In this document: positions 10,064 through 22,400 of the stretch, in pieces
How positions within the stretch are numbered: the first letter of the stretch is position 1
Layout of the letters: each line of letters begins with the position of its first letter
NCBI GenBank assembly: GCA_965207065.1
Contig: OZ242260.1
Coordinates: 1,312,001 to 1,376,000, forward strand
Reading direction: 5' to 3'
DNA length: 64,000 nucleotides
From: a bacterium
GTDB lineage: Bacteria > UBA8248
Notes under the pieces: model-generated
Seen by the model: the letters and a program-made list of their open reading frames with translations, nothing else
Database searches by the model: none
Told to the model about the DNA's origin: nothing
Position numbers and translations under genes: made by a program

Positions 10064-11230
10064 ATGACAAAACGGGAGGCGTACGAGCGCATTCTGGCAT
10101 CGTTGCACGAGGCGGCGCTGGACGATACCCGCTGGTCGAATGTCTCGAAGCTGCTCGACGATACCCTCGGCGTGTACGGCAACACTATTGGGATTGGCGA
10201 CATACACTCCGGGGAGGACATCGATTACTACTACACGGGGATGTTCTTCCACGGACAACGGGACCTCGACTTAGAGCGCGAGTACTTCGACGTGTACTAC
10301 CCCCGGGACGAACGGGTCCCCCTCGTGCGGCAACTCCCCGACGGCCAATCGGCCCATATTTCCGATCTCTACACCAAAGAGGAGTTACGGACCTCCGTTG
10401 TATACAATGAATTTTTGAACCGTGCGCACGCCCAGAACTGCATCAGCTATCGCCTCGACGGACCCATGGGCTCATCCATCGCCTGGTTTATCCACGACCC
10501 CCTCGTAAGTGACGACTGGTCGTCCGCCCAACTCGACTTGATCCGGCGTCTTCTGCCCCATATACGCCAATATGTGCGCGTGCGTCAGTCGCTGGTGGGC
10601 GCCGGCGCGCTGGGTGCGTCCCTCACGGGATTGCTCGATTCGATCGGGGTGGGCGTCATCCAGCTCGACCGCCGTGGGCGGATTCTGGAAATGAATGACC
10701 ACGCCCGGGATTTGTTGCGCTCCGGAGACGGTCTATTCGACGAGCGCGGGTTCCTGTTCGCCCGAAGGCCGGAGGACGACACGCAACTCCAGCGTTTGCT
10801 GAAGCGGGCGCTGCCGCCGTTCAGGTTCCAGGGCGTCAGCGGCTCGACGACGGTGAGGCGAGCATCGGACTTCCCGCTGATGCTGCACGTCAACCCGTTG
10901 GGCGGACAAGAGAGGGACTTCCGCGTATGGCCGGTCGCGGCGCTCGTGCTGGTCGTGGACCTGGCGAGCCGTCTCCGCATCGATCCGGCCGTGGCCGAGT
11001 CGGTCCTCGGCTTGACGAAGATGCAGAGCCGGGTGGCGGTCCTTTTGGCCGAAGGCATGAGCGTCCCTGAAATCGCCGCGGCGATGGAACGAAAGCCAAG
11101 CACGATCCGCACTCACGTGAAGAACATGTCGGCGAAGCACGGTCTCTCGCGCCAGGCCGAACTGGTGGGGCTTGTACTGCAATTGGCGAACGCTCCAGAA
11201 AGTCGAGACAGAAGGCGGAAGCAGTCCTAA
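10064..11230 (+). CDS. LuxR-family transcriptional regulator with sensory (PAS-like) region
   Basis: C-terminal HTH LTKMQSRVAVLLAEGMSVPEIA...TIRTHVKN...RQAELV; GGAGG RBS. Confidence 0.85.
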   Translation: MTKREAYERILASLHEAALDDTRWSNVSKLLDDTLGVYGNTIGIGDIHSGEDIDYYYTGMFFHGQRDLDLEREYFDVYYPRDERVPLVRQLPDGQSAHISDLYTKEELRTSVVYNEFLNRAHAQNCISYRLDGPMGSSIAWFIHDPLVSDDWSSAQLDLIRRLLPHIRQYVRVRQSLVGAGALGASLTGLLDSIGVGVIQLDRRGRILEMNDHARDLLRSGDGLFDERGFLFARRPEDDTQLQRLLKRALPPFRFQGVSGSTTVRRASDFPLMLHVNPLGGQERDFRVWPVAALVLVVDLASRLRIDPAVAESVLGLTKMQSRVAVLLAEGMSVPEIAAAMERKPSTIRTHVKNMSAKHGLSRQAELVGLVLQLANAPESRDRRRKQS

Positions 11231-11258
11231 ATCAGCGCCGATGTCGTTCGTTATTCCG

Positions 11259-11320
11259 AAAATTCCCTGGTTAATTGATTAAAATTTCGCAATATCTCCC
11301 CAGATCTGGGTAAGCGAAGA
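11259..11320 (+). promoter_or_regulatory. Duplicated regulatory module, copy 2, with CCCAGATCTGGG palindrome
   Basis: 12-bp perfect palindrome at 11299-11310, between the LuxR gene and the lipoprotein. Confidence 0.6.
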
Positions 11321-11627
11321 CGTGTGTGAATTTTTTATAATTCAAACATCTCATCATCGACGTTGGAAAGGAGCCGGCGTGAAACTTCGTGGTGTTTGTG
11401 AGGATGTGCTCGCACTCTTGGCGGTTTCAGGTATCAACGGATCCGAGGATTGCGGATTGCAGCAGACGGGAACAAAGCAGCCGTTAAAATATTTATCGTT
11501 TTCAAAAATTCGTTCTCGCTGCTGCGCCTCGTTGTCATGGCAGCCTTCTTGACGACCTACACCCGAGATCAGTTGCGATCAACAACCGTTAGCAATACTG
11601 GATATGACCTTTGATTGGAGGTTAATT

Positions 11628-12431
11628 ATGAAAACAAGAAACATTATCTTGGTTATTTTCCTGTCCATGATTTTGTCGGCATGTTCCGGTTCATCGAATA
11701 TGTCTGCTCCGGAGGAGCCGGCGATTGACCCCTCATCAGGTTTATATAAAGTCGTCGCTCTTTCCAATTCATTAAAAACGACTAATCTATATTTTAATGG
11801 TAATCAGATTCCGCTTGAAAGTTGCGGCGGGTCAATTTGTACTGCCGAGGGCGATATTAATATACCAGTCACATTGGCAGCGAGACGTCTTGCAGATCAC
11901 GGCTTTGAAACAGAAGCGGAAATTGGCGGGGTTGAAATTGTCAGAACGGATATAGGTGATAACTGGGCGTTGCTCGGTGGATGGATGGATTATTCCGCAT
12001 TCTTTGTCGTAAAAGATTTGTTTAGAAACGATAGTTTCTTGGTTTTTTCTCAATCTATAGGTCGGTTTTATTCGATTGACGATGCTCCTTTGCCCGTAGA
12101 AGGAAGTGCTTCTTATGAAGGCGGGATGGTAGGCACAAACATCATGACAGCTGATCGCTATACAGGACAATCATCCTTGACTGCAAATTTCGGAGAAACC
12201 CCCACTATTGATATTCATTTCACCAACGTTATGAACCTGAATACTGGTGTGGCTCACTCCGATATATCATATGAGGGTGCTCCAATAAGCGAAAGGAAGG
12301 GGATTTTTAGCCAACCTTCAGACAGAAGTTATGTGAATGGTGAATTTATGGGACCGGATAACGAGGAAGTAGTCGGAGTATTTGAGCATGAAGACCTTGT
12401 CGGAGCATTTGGGGCCAAGCGCACGGAATAG
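11628..12431 (+). CDS. Lipoprotein with a transferrin-binding-protein-like C-terminal barrel
   Basis: Lipobox LSAC; GSASYEGGMVG, GEFMGPDNEEVVGVF, LVGAFGAKR; GGAGG RBS; visibly AT-rich. Confidence 0.75.
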   Translation: MKTRNIILVIFLSMILSACSGSSNMSAPEEPAIDPSSGLYKVVALSNSLKTTNLYFNGNQIPLESCGGSICTAEGDINIPVTLAARRLADHGFETEAEIGGVEIVRTDIGDNWALLGGWMDYSAFFVVKDLFRNDSFLVFSQSIGRFYSIDDAPLPVEGSASYEGGMVGTNIMTADRYTGQSSLTANFGETPTIDIHFTNVMNLNTGVAHSDISYEGAPISERKGIFSQPSDRSYVNGEFMGPDNEEVVGVFEHEDLVGAFGAKRTE

Positions 12432-12658
12432 AGCGTGTCAGCGATAAATACCAAGTGTGGCCTTTAATTAATGCCACATTCTTAATTTTCACGACACATT
12501 TTGCGGGTGGTGAATCCGCTACAGAATTATCAGACACATGAGTTGCAACGCGAAGCTTCGGAGCAGCACGAGCAGCGACGTTGATTCTGATTGGCCCGCT
12601 CATCGGTTCTTACTTGCATGTCGCACTTCAAATTTGAAGAAACGACTACGAGCAGGAG

Positions 12659-12904
12659 ATGAAAATGAGCGAAATAAAGCTTCGTCTTCTGCTCATCGCG
12701 TTGTTCTTGATGGCGGCCATTGTCACATCCGGATGCCGTAGCCGTGGCGTTGGTCTCAACGCCACGATGCCAAGTGGTGACGCCGCGCCTCCACAAGCGG
12801 TAACGCTTCCAGTTTTTAGTGAAAGTCCTACAGCCAGTACAACAATAGCGGAGCCGAATGGGTTCGCTGAATACGGCAATGCGCCGAAGCCGACGCCGCC
12901 TTAA
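12659..12904 (+). CDS. Short or truncated lipoprotein
   Basis: Basic N-terminus, hydrophobic stretch, TSGC lipobox, AGGAG RBS; only 81 aa. Confidence 0.4.
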   Translation: MKMSEIKLRLLLIALFLMAAIVTSGCRSRGVGLNATMPSGDAAPPQAVTLPVFSESPTASTTIAEPNGFAEYGNAPKPTPP

Positions 12905-13074
12905 AGATAGACTTAAACCCGCCTGCTACCCGAACAACACCGGGCCCGAATCTTCCCATGATCGGTCTGGATACAAGCCCCGGCGCCTCAGATGAACGTC
13001 TTGCGGTGCGAGAAGATTCCTTGTTAACCGGAGGCGCCACCCCGAGTGGTACGAGACCTGGCGGCCGGCGCCTG

Positions 13075-13215
13075 GACATTCTACTGAGCGGTTCGCCGCG
13101 CCTCGTGGTTCTGGGTTCTGAATTCCGGTTGGGAATCGGATATGCGGACATCCTTGCGGTCGAAACCTCCGGCCGTCCCGCGATCATCGAGGGGAAGCTG
13201 GAGCGCAACCCCGAC
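13075..13215 (+). pseudogene. Fragment of a PD-(D/E)xK (NucS-like) endonuclease
   Basis: LVVLGSEFRLGIGYADILAVETSGRPAIIEGK resembles the E..D..ExK core; flanks unrelated. Confidence 0.5.
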
Positions 13216-13453
13216 ATAGACTGGCGCCATGCCGGGAAACAAACCGCCTGGAACTTTGCGCCCCGGTGTGAGACAGATTCGTCAACGGATCCTGGGCGTT
13301 GCCGTAGGGTGTAGCCGGACGACAAGTCATCGCCCCGAAAAAAATGTTGAGTCGGCTTTTGAATGCGCTATATGATGAATGAGTACTTCAACGACATCAT
13401 AGCGGCATGGAGATGTGTTTAATAAGGAAGATCCGTACCCGGAGGATGACTCG

Positions 13454-16400
13454 ATGAGCACAGGCGGAAATTTCCGTTCTTCCGAACTACCGCAAACCGG
13501 CGCGCAGGCGTCTTCCCGGCCCGGAGAACCCATAGCCATCGTGGGCATGGCGTGCCGGTTTCCCAACGCCGTCGGTCTCCCGGCCTTCTGGCGTCTGCTC
13601 GAGGCCGGCGAGAACGCCGTGACCAGGGGAGATCCGGGTTCGGGCGTGGGGCGCGTGGGCGTGCTTTTCCCCGACGCCGAAATCCAGAGTGAGGCCTGCC
13701 GTTTCGGCGCCTATCTCGAAGATATCGACCAGTTCGACGCCGCGTTCTTCCGCATATCGCCCGTCGAGGCCCAACTCCTGGACCCCCAGCAGCGGCTCAT
13801 GCTGGAGACGAGCTGGCGCGCGCTCGAGGACGCAGGCATGGACCCGGAGCGCCTCAGGGGCAGCCGCACCGGTGTGTACGGAGGCGTCAGCAACAACGAA
13901 TACCGAAACCTGATAATGGACGTCAGCGATACCGCGGAGCCCGCCACGAGCCTGTATACGGTCAGCGGCACCTCCTTCAATACGGCCGTCGGGCGGGTCT
14001 CCTTCGCGCTGGGCTTCGAGGGACCGGCGATTGCGCTCGATACCGCCTGTTCCTCATCGCTTGTCGCGATTCACCAGGCTGTGGCGGGCTTACAAAGGCG
14101 CGAAGCCGATCTGGCCCTGGCCGGAGGCGTGCACACGATCCTCTCGGGCCGACTGCTGGAGTTGCGCGGCAACGCCGGGATGCTCTCGCCCGAGGGGCGA
14201 TGCGCGACGTTCGACGCCGCCGCGAACGGGTACGTGCGGGGCGAGGGCTGCGGAATCGTTGTGCTCAAGCGTCTCGCCGAGGCGGAGGCGGACGGCGACC
14301 GCATCTGGGGCGTGATTCGCGGGTCGGCCATCAACCAGGACGGCGCGAGCCCGGGACTGACGGTGCCGAGCGGCGCGGCGCAGGAGCGGGTGATCGCGGA
14401 GGCGCTCTCGCGGGCCGGAATCAGGCCCCATGAAGTGGATTACCTCGAAGCGCACGGGACGGGTACGGAGGTGGGCGACCCGATTGAGCTGGAAGCGGCG
14501 GCGGCGGCATACGGCAAGGGACGCGCGGCGGACCGCCCGCTATTAATCGGTTCGGTCAAGACCAACATCGGACATCTCGAGTCCTCAGCCGGAGTCGCCG
14601 GCCTGATCAAGGCGACGCTGGCCCTGAAGCAGGGGGTGATCCCCAAACACCTGCACTTCCGGGAGCCTACTCCGGCGGTGGACTGGACGCGAATGTCCTT
14701 GCGAGTAACGGCGGAGGCGACGCAGTGGCCGCGCCATCCCGAACATCCCCCTCGGGCGGGCGTAAGCGGGTTCGGATGGTCGGGCACGAACGCCCACGTG
14801 ATCGTGGAGAGATACGAAACGCAGGAGGGGGATTCCACCGTCGGTGCGATGAATGAACCCGTGGGTTCCGCACTGCCTGTCGCCGTTTCCCCGCCCGAGC
14901 CTGCGGCGGACCCGCCTAAGGCGAGTGATGGGCTCTTAAAGCGCAAAGCACGGATTCTTCCGCTCTCGGGCAAATCGGAGGCTGCGCTTCGCGACCTTGC
15001 GGGGCGGTATCTCTCCTGGCTCGATGAGCGCGAAGAAGCACTCGCTCCCGAAAGCGCCGCGTCGGAGCCGCTGCTCTCGAACATGGCGTGGACGACCGCG
15101 GTGGGGCGGAGCCATTTCACGCACCGCGCGGGTCTCCTCTTCGGCGACGCCGCGCGGCTGCGCGAGGGGTTGAACGCTCTGGCCGAAGGCGGCGAAGCGC
15201 CGGAAGTGCGGACGGCGACCAGGGTAGCGTTCCTCTTCACCGGTCAGGGCAGCCAGTGGGTCGGCATGGGAGGAGACTTGTACGAGACGGAACCGGTGGC
15301 GCGGGCGGTTCTCGATCGTTGCGAGGAAGTCGTTCGCGAGCAAAGGGGCGCCTCGCTGCTGGATGTCATGTTCGGGCGCAGTGAGGGGAATCTGAACGAC
15401 ACCGTCTGGGCGCAGCCGGCCATCTACGCGATCGAGTGCGCCGTCACGGCGCTTTGGGCAAGCCTGGGGGTACGCCCGGACGTGGTGGTGGGACACAGCG
15501 TTGGCGAGTTCGGGGCGGCGCATGCGGCGGGGGTGTTCGGGCTCGAAGACGGAATGCGGGCCGTCATGGGGCGGAGCGAAATTCTGGCGTCGGCGCCGGA
15601 GGCCGGGACGATGGCGGCCGTATTCGCTTCTTACCCGGCAGTTGAAGCGGCGGTGCGCGAATACAACGAGTCGGCCGGGAGCGAGAGGCTTGCGATTGCG
15701 GCGAGAAACGGGGCGCACCAAGTGTTGAGCGGTCAGGTTTCCGCTGTCGAGGCGGTCTCGGAGCGCTTCGAGGCCGAAGAAGTACGGGTGAGGCCGATCA
15801 ACACGAGCCAGGCGTTCCACAGCCCTCTGGTGGAGCCGGGCCTGGATGCACTGGAAGCGCTTTTCGAGAGCGTACGGATAGCGCCTCCCTCGCTCGCCAC
15901 GCTGGTGAGCAACGTGACGGGCCGTGTGGTGGAGCCGGACGAGGTGCTCGGCGGAGGATACTGGCGCCGGCACGCCCGCGAGGCGGTGGCCTTCGACCGC
16001 GGCGTCCGCACGCTGGCGAACCTGGGCGTCGACCTGGTGGTGGAAGTCGGCCCGCACGCGGTGCTGGGACCGATGCTGTCTCTCGCCTGGCCGGGGCCGG
16101 ATGAGGGAGGGGATGACCTTGTCGGGGATGTCGAGGCTCCCCGTGTGTTGGCGAGTCTGCAAAGACCCTCGCAAGACGAGGAGAAACCGGCGGACGAGAT
16201 GGAAACAAGTTTCCCGGGCGCGGTGGCGGGGGCCTATGAGGCGGGGCTCGACCTCTCTTTCCAGGGATTGTTCGCCGGTGAAGAGCGGCGCCGCATCTCG
16301 CTGCCGGGCTATCCCTTCCAGCGCGAACGCTACTGGGTCGAGGCGCCGAAGCGGCGGCGGCGGAGCGTAGGCCTTCCCCTGCTGGGCGAGCGGCATGAAT

Positions 16401-19400
16401 CCGCCAGCGGCGAGATCACGTTCGAGACCGAAGTGCTCCCCTCGGACCCGCCGTGGATGACGGATCACCGGGTGTTCGGCCGGGTCATCGCACCGGGCGC
16501 GCTTTATGGAGCCATGGCGATCTCGGCATCCACCGCCGAGGGAAGCGGTTCGATGCTGGTCGAGGACATGCAATTCCACAACGCGTTGATCTTCGGTGAG
16601 GAGGATTCAGAGGGCGGCGGCGCGGGGCGGGAAGTGCAGGTTCTGCTCGATGCTCCGGGGGATGAGCCCTCGCGCCTCGTGCGGATATTCAGCAAAGGAG
16701 AGGCCGGGGAGGATTGGACGCTGCACGCGGAGTGTCGCGCGCCCTCGGGTGCGAACGCGCAACAGGCCACGGAGCAAGTGGACCTGGAAAGCATGAAGGC
16801 CGGTTTGACACCGGAGGACGTGCCGGCGTTTTACCGCGCCAAGGCGGGTGTGGGGATCGATCTCGGCCCGTCGTTCCGCACGCTGGGGCGTGTGTGGTCG
16901 CGGCAGGGCGAGGCGCTGGGCGAGGTGTACTTCCCCGAGGCGTTAGGCGCGAACGCTCTCGACGTGCACCCCCTCCTGCTCGACGGCTGTTTCCAGGTGA
17001 TGGGCGCGGCGCGCAATCCGGGCGGCGCCGAAGACGGCATCACCTACCTGCCGTTCGGCTGGGAGCGGCTGTGGCTGGCGGACCGGCTGCCGGATCGGCT
17101 TTTGTGCCACGTGCGTATGAGAGAGGCTCCGACGAGCCAGGAGCCGAGCGCCGAAACCGGTGTGGGGCCAGAAGTCTTCGTCGGCGATTTCCGTCTTTAT
17201 GATACGACCGGCGTGCTGGTCGGCGAGTTGAGCGGTTTCATGGTGAAGCGCGCGACGCGGGCGGCGCTGCTCTCGGCGTTGGAAGGCTTGGACGATCTTC
17301 TCTACGAAGTGGTTTGGCGCGAAAGCGCACTTGCGCCCGGTATGCTGCCTGCGGATTTCTTCCCGAGTCCGGGGGAGATAGCCGAGCGCTGGGGGCCGTT
17401 CTCCGACTACCTGGCGGCGGAAGGGGTCGACGCCTCATTGAGGCCCGCATTGCTGACGGACCTCTCGTGCATGGCGCGGCATTTTGCGCTCTCGGCCCTG
17501 GAGAAGCTCGGATGGGAACGGAAGGCGGGCGCTGTAGTGGACACAGAAGATCTGCGCTGGCGCCTGGGGGTCAAGGATGAACACGGCAAACTGTTCCGCC
17601 GGATGCTCGAGATATTGGCGGGGGCCGGCGTTCTGGAGGCGGCGGGTGATGGTTTCGTCGTCGCCGTAGGGGCCGGAGCGCCATTGCCGGAAGGAATTCC
17701 CGGCGATCCAGAAGAATTCGCGGCCGGGGTGAGCGAGCGTTATTCGTATGCTTCGAACGAGATCGGGCTGTTTCGAAGAAGCGCGGGCGCCCTCGCCGAA
17801 GTGCTTCGCGGCGAGGAGGACCCGCTGTCGCTCCTGTTCGGCAGCGGAGAACCGAGCGCCGCGGACCTCTACTTCAAGGCGCCGGTATGGCGTGCGGCGA
17901 ACCGGATGCTGGGAGACGCGGTACGCACCCTCGTCGCCGGGTTGCCCGAAGGACGCCGCCTGCGGGTGATCGAAGTCGGCGCGGGCACGGGGTCGGCGAC
18001 CGAATCCGTCCTGCCCGAGCTTCCCGAGGGGCGCTTCGACTACACCTACACCGACATCTCGGCGGGCTTCTTCGCGCAGGCGGAAGGGCTGTTCAGCGAC
18101 GGCGGCGGGTGCATCGATTACCGGGTGTTGGATATCGAAAAAGACCCGGTGGCGCAGGGCTTCGACTTCCATGGCTATGACCTGGTGATTGCCTCGAACG
18201 TGCTTCACGCCACGCGGTACCTGGAGGAGACGCTCACGCACTGCCGGGCGCTTCTCGCGCCGTCGGGACATCTCGTGGCGCTCGAGAACCTTTGCGGCCA
18301 GGATTGGCTGGATATGACTTTTGGACAACTGGACGGCTGGTGGCGGTTCGCCGACGAGCGCCGCCCCACCTACGCCTTGGCGGGGCCGGACGTTTGGCGG
18401 CATTCCCTTGATGCCGCGGGTTTCGAGGGAATGGAGATTCTGGGGCTGGGCGGGTCCGATTCCGCCGAGATGCCGGACAGGGGTGTGATACTGGCGCAAC
18501 TGCCCGAGGAGGTGGCCGAGCGTCCCGGCGTATGGGTTCTGGCGGCGGACCGCGGCGGCGAAGCCGAACAACTGGCGGCGGAATTAGCGTCGCGCAACCA
18601 GACGGTCGTGCTGGCGAGCGAGGCGGGCTCGACGAACGGGAGTGCTGCGGACGAAAAACCCGGAGTCATCCATACGTCTGTGGAGATGGATAGCCGCGAG
18701 TCCTGGGGAGTGCTGCTGGAGGGCCTGCCCGGAGATGCGCCGCTCAGCGGCGTCGTGCACCTCGCGGCGCTCGACGGCCACGGCCCCGGTGCGACGACCG
18801 AGGAGATGGCGGAGGATGTGAAACGGGTGGGCGCGAGCGCATTGGCCCTGGCGCAGGGGCTCCTGGACGTCGACGCGGCGCCCGGGAAGGGATTTTGGTT
18901 CCTCACGCGGGGCGCGCAGGTGCTGGAGCGCGAACGCGGTGGTGAGCTTGCCGGCGCGACGCTATGGGGTTTCGCTAAAGTGGTGGCCCGGGAAGCGTCC
19001 CACATGGAGCCGAAGTTGATCGATCTGGACCCTGAGCCGACTGCTCCGCCGACGGATATCGCCAATGAACTGCTCTATCCCGATACGGAAAATCAAATCG
19101 TCCACCGCGGCAACAGGCGCCGAGTGGCCCGTCTGGTCCGGACCGGCGAGGGAGCGGAGCGGCTGGCCTTCCCCGAAGAGACGGGCTGGCTGCTGGGTGT
19201 CGGCGAAGAAGGCGCGCTCGACGGCCTGCAGGCGCCGCCGCCGCCGCTCGAGCCGCGAGAAGTCCGCGTGGCCGTCGAGGCCGCCGGGCTCAACTTCTGG
19301 GACGTGTTCGCGGCGCTCGGCCTGATTGACGAAAAATTCCTGGGCACGGAGATGTGCGGCCATATCCTCGAGGTCGGCTCCGAGGTGTCGAGCGCCTCTG

Positions 19401-22400
19401 TGGGCGACCGCGTGGTGGGCGTGAAGCGCGGCGCGCGCGGTATGTTTGGGCCGGAATCCGTGACGCATGAGGATTTGGTGGCGCCCGCGCCGGCGGATTT
19501 ATCGGCCACGGCGCTCGCCACGATACCGACGGTGTTCCTGTCCGCAGCGCTGTCTTATGAACTCGCGGGGCTGAAAGCAGGCGATCGGGTGCTGATTCAC
19601 GCGGGCGCGGGCGGCGTGGGGCTTGCGGCCATCCAGTTGGCGCAGGCGGCGGGAGCGGAAGTGTTCGCGACGGCGAGCGCGCCGAAACAGGGTTACCTCC
19701 GCTCGCTGGGTGTGGAGCACGTATTCGACAGCCGCCAGACGAAATTCGGGGAAGAAATCCTGGAAGCCACGGGCGGCGAAGGCGTCGACCTTATCCTGAA
19801 CAGCCTGACGGCGGAGGGCTTCATCGACGCGTGCCTGTCGTGCCTGGCGGAAGGGGGCCGGTTCGTGGAACTGGCGGCGCGCGACATTCTGAGCGAGGAG
19901 GAGATGGCGGCGGTACGGCCGGACGTGGCCTATTACATCGTGAAGCTCGACGCCATGAAAGAAGATGAGCCGGAGCGGCCGGGGGCCTTGCTGAGAGAGG
20001 TCATGGAGCGGGTGGCGGCGGGAGGACTGAAGCCGCTCGTCCACACCAGGTGGCCGATGGCCGAGGCGAGGCAGGCCGTAGAGTTCATGCGCGACGGACG
20101 CCATATCGGAAAAATCGTCTTTGCGAATTCGCCGCTCACCAGGGGCCGCTTGCGGGAGGACAGGACCTACCTCGTCACCGGAGGCCTGGGCGGCATCGGG
20201 TGCGCCGTGGCCGGCTGGCTCGCCGAAAGGGGTGCCGGGGCTATCGTGCTAAATGGCCGGCGGCCCCCGGACCCGGAAGTCGAGGAAGCGGTCGAATTGT
20301 TGCGCAAGCGCGGGTTCACGGTGCAGGTGCAGCTCGCGGACGTGACGGACCCGGATGCGGTGGACGAGATGCTCGTGCGGATGGATGCGGAGTTGCCGCC
20401 CCTCGGCGGCGTGATCCACAGCGTGGGGGTGCTCTCTGACGGCGCGCTCGGGAACCAGAGCTGGGAGAAGTTCGAGCAGGTGCTTTGGCCCAAAGTGCTG
20501 GGCGCATGGCGCCTACACCGCGCGACGATGACTCGCGATCTGGACATGTTCGTCCTCTTCTCGAGCGCGGCCGGCGTGTTGGGCAACCCGGGCCAGGCGA
20601 ACCACGCGGCGGCCAACGCGTTCCTGGATCAACTCGCCGTCCACCGCCGGGCGCTGGGACTCCCGGGCCAGGCCATCGCCTGGGGCGCGTGGTCGGAGAT
20701 TGGCGAAGCCGAGGAGCAGCGGGAGAGAATCTCCAGAAGTATCGAAGTAACGGGAGTCGGCTGGATGACACCGCAGCAGGGGCTCAGGGCATTCGACCGA
20801 CTGGTTCGCGAGGACGCCGCGAATTCCATGGTTCTGGCGAGGGATTGGTCCGTATTCGAAAAGACTCTGGATAACATTCCCCCGTTTTTCGAAGACCTGC
20901 TTTCCTTCACTCAAGACGCAGAGTCCGACTCGCCCGCCCTGGCGGAAGACCTGTTGTCCCGACTGGCGGAGACGCCCGCTGCGGAGCGCGAGGCCCTGCT
21001 GGTGTCGTTCCTGCAGCAGGAACTCCAGGCGGTGCTGCGGCTGCCGAGCACGCCCGAACCCACGGTGGGATTTTTTGATCTCGGCATGGACTCGCTCATG
21101 GCCGTGGAACTTCGAAACCGGCTGAACCGCGCGTTCACGGACGCCTATACGGCCCCGAACACCGTGGTGTTCGACTATCCAGACATCGCGGTGCTCGCCC
21201 GTCATCTGGCCGGCGAACTCGGCGACCTCGGCCCCGCGCCCGCCCCTCAGGCGCAACCCGAGCCGGAGCGTCGGCCCGCCGCGCCGCGCAAGGAGGAGCA
21301 GATCGCGGTCGTCGGCATGGCGTGCCGCTTCCCGGGCGCGCCCGACATTTCCGCCTTCTGGCGTTTGCTCGAAGCGGGCGTCGACGCGGTGACGGACGGG
21401 CGGCGCGATTCCGGCCCCTGGAGCGGCGTCGCCGGAGACCCCGAAGCCGAGGAAGCCGTCTACCGTCGAGGCGGGTTCATCGAAGGAATCGACTTATTCG
21501 ACGCACGTTTCTTCGGCATCAAGCCGATCGAGGCGTGGATGATGGACCCGCGCCAGAGGATGTTGCTGGAAACGAGCTGGGAGGCGCTCGAGGACGCAGG
21601 CATCGACCCCGCACCGCTCAAGGGTACTCGCGCAGGAGTATATGTCGGGCTGGGCGGCAGCGAGTACCGGGACCTGGTAACGGCCAGCGGCCTGGAGGAC
21701 AGCTATCTCGGCACCGCCCCGAGCGTCACCATCGGGCGGGTCGCCTTCGCCCTCGGTCTGATGGGGCCTGCGGTGCCGCTGGACATGACCTGCGCATCGT
21801 CGCTTGTGGCGGTGCACCAGGCGGCCGCAGCCCTCCGGCGAGGCGAGGTGGACCTGGCTCTTTCCGGAGGGGTAAACGCAGTGCTGTCCCTCCCGATTAC
21901 GAAATTCATGGCGGAGTTCGGCATGTTGTCGCCGAGCGGTCTGTGCCGGACCTTCGATGCGACTGCGGACGGCTTCGTTCGCGGCGAGGGCTGCGGCATC
22001 GTGGTGATGAAGCGGTTGAGCGACGCGGAGGCGGACGGCGACCGCATCTGGGGCCTGGTGCGGGGATCGGCTGTCAACCAGAACGGCGCGAGCGCCGCGC
22101 TGACGGTGCCCAACGGTACGGCGCAGGAACAAGTGCTCGAAGATGCGCTCGCCCGGTCCGGTTTTCCGCCCTCGGAAGTGGATTATCTGGAAGCGCATGC
22201 GACGGGGTCGCAACTGGGCGATCCGATTGAGGTGCGCGCATCGGCGGCGGTGTACGGGCGAGGACGCACGGCGGACCGCCCGCTCCTGCTCGGCACGGCG
22301 AAGACGAACATCGGCCATCTGGAGTCGGCCGCGGGAATCGCCGGCCTGATCAAGGTATTGCTGGCGATGAAGCATGGAGTCATTCCCAAACACCTGCATT

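Noticed and set aside
8916-10067. 383-aa ORF
   Set aside because: No recognisable motif or RBS and atypical composition; probably decayed DNA
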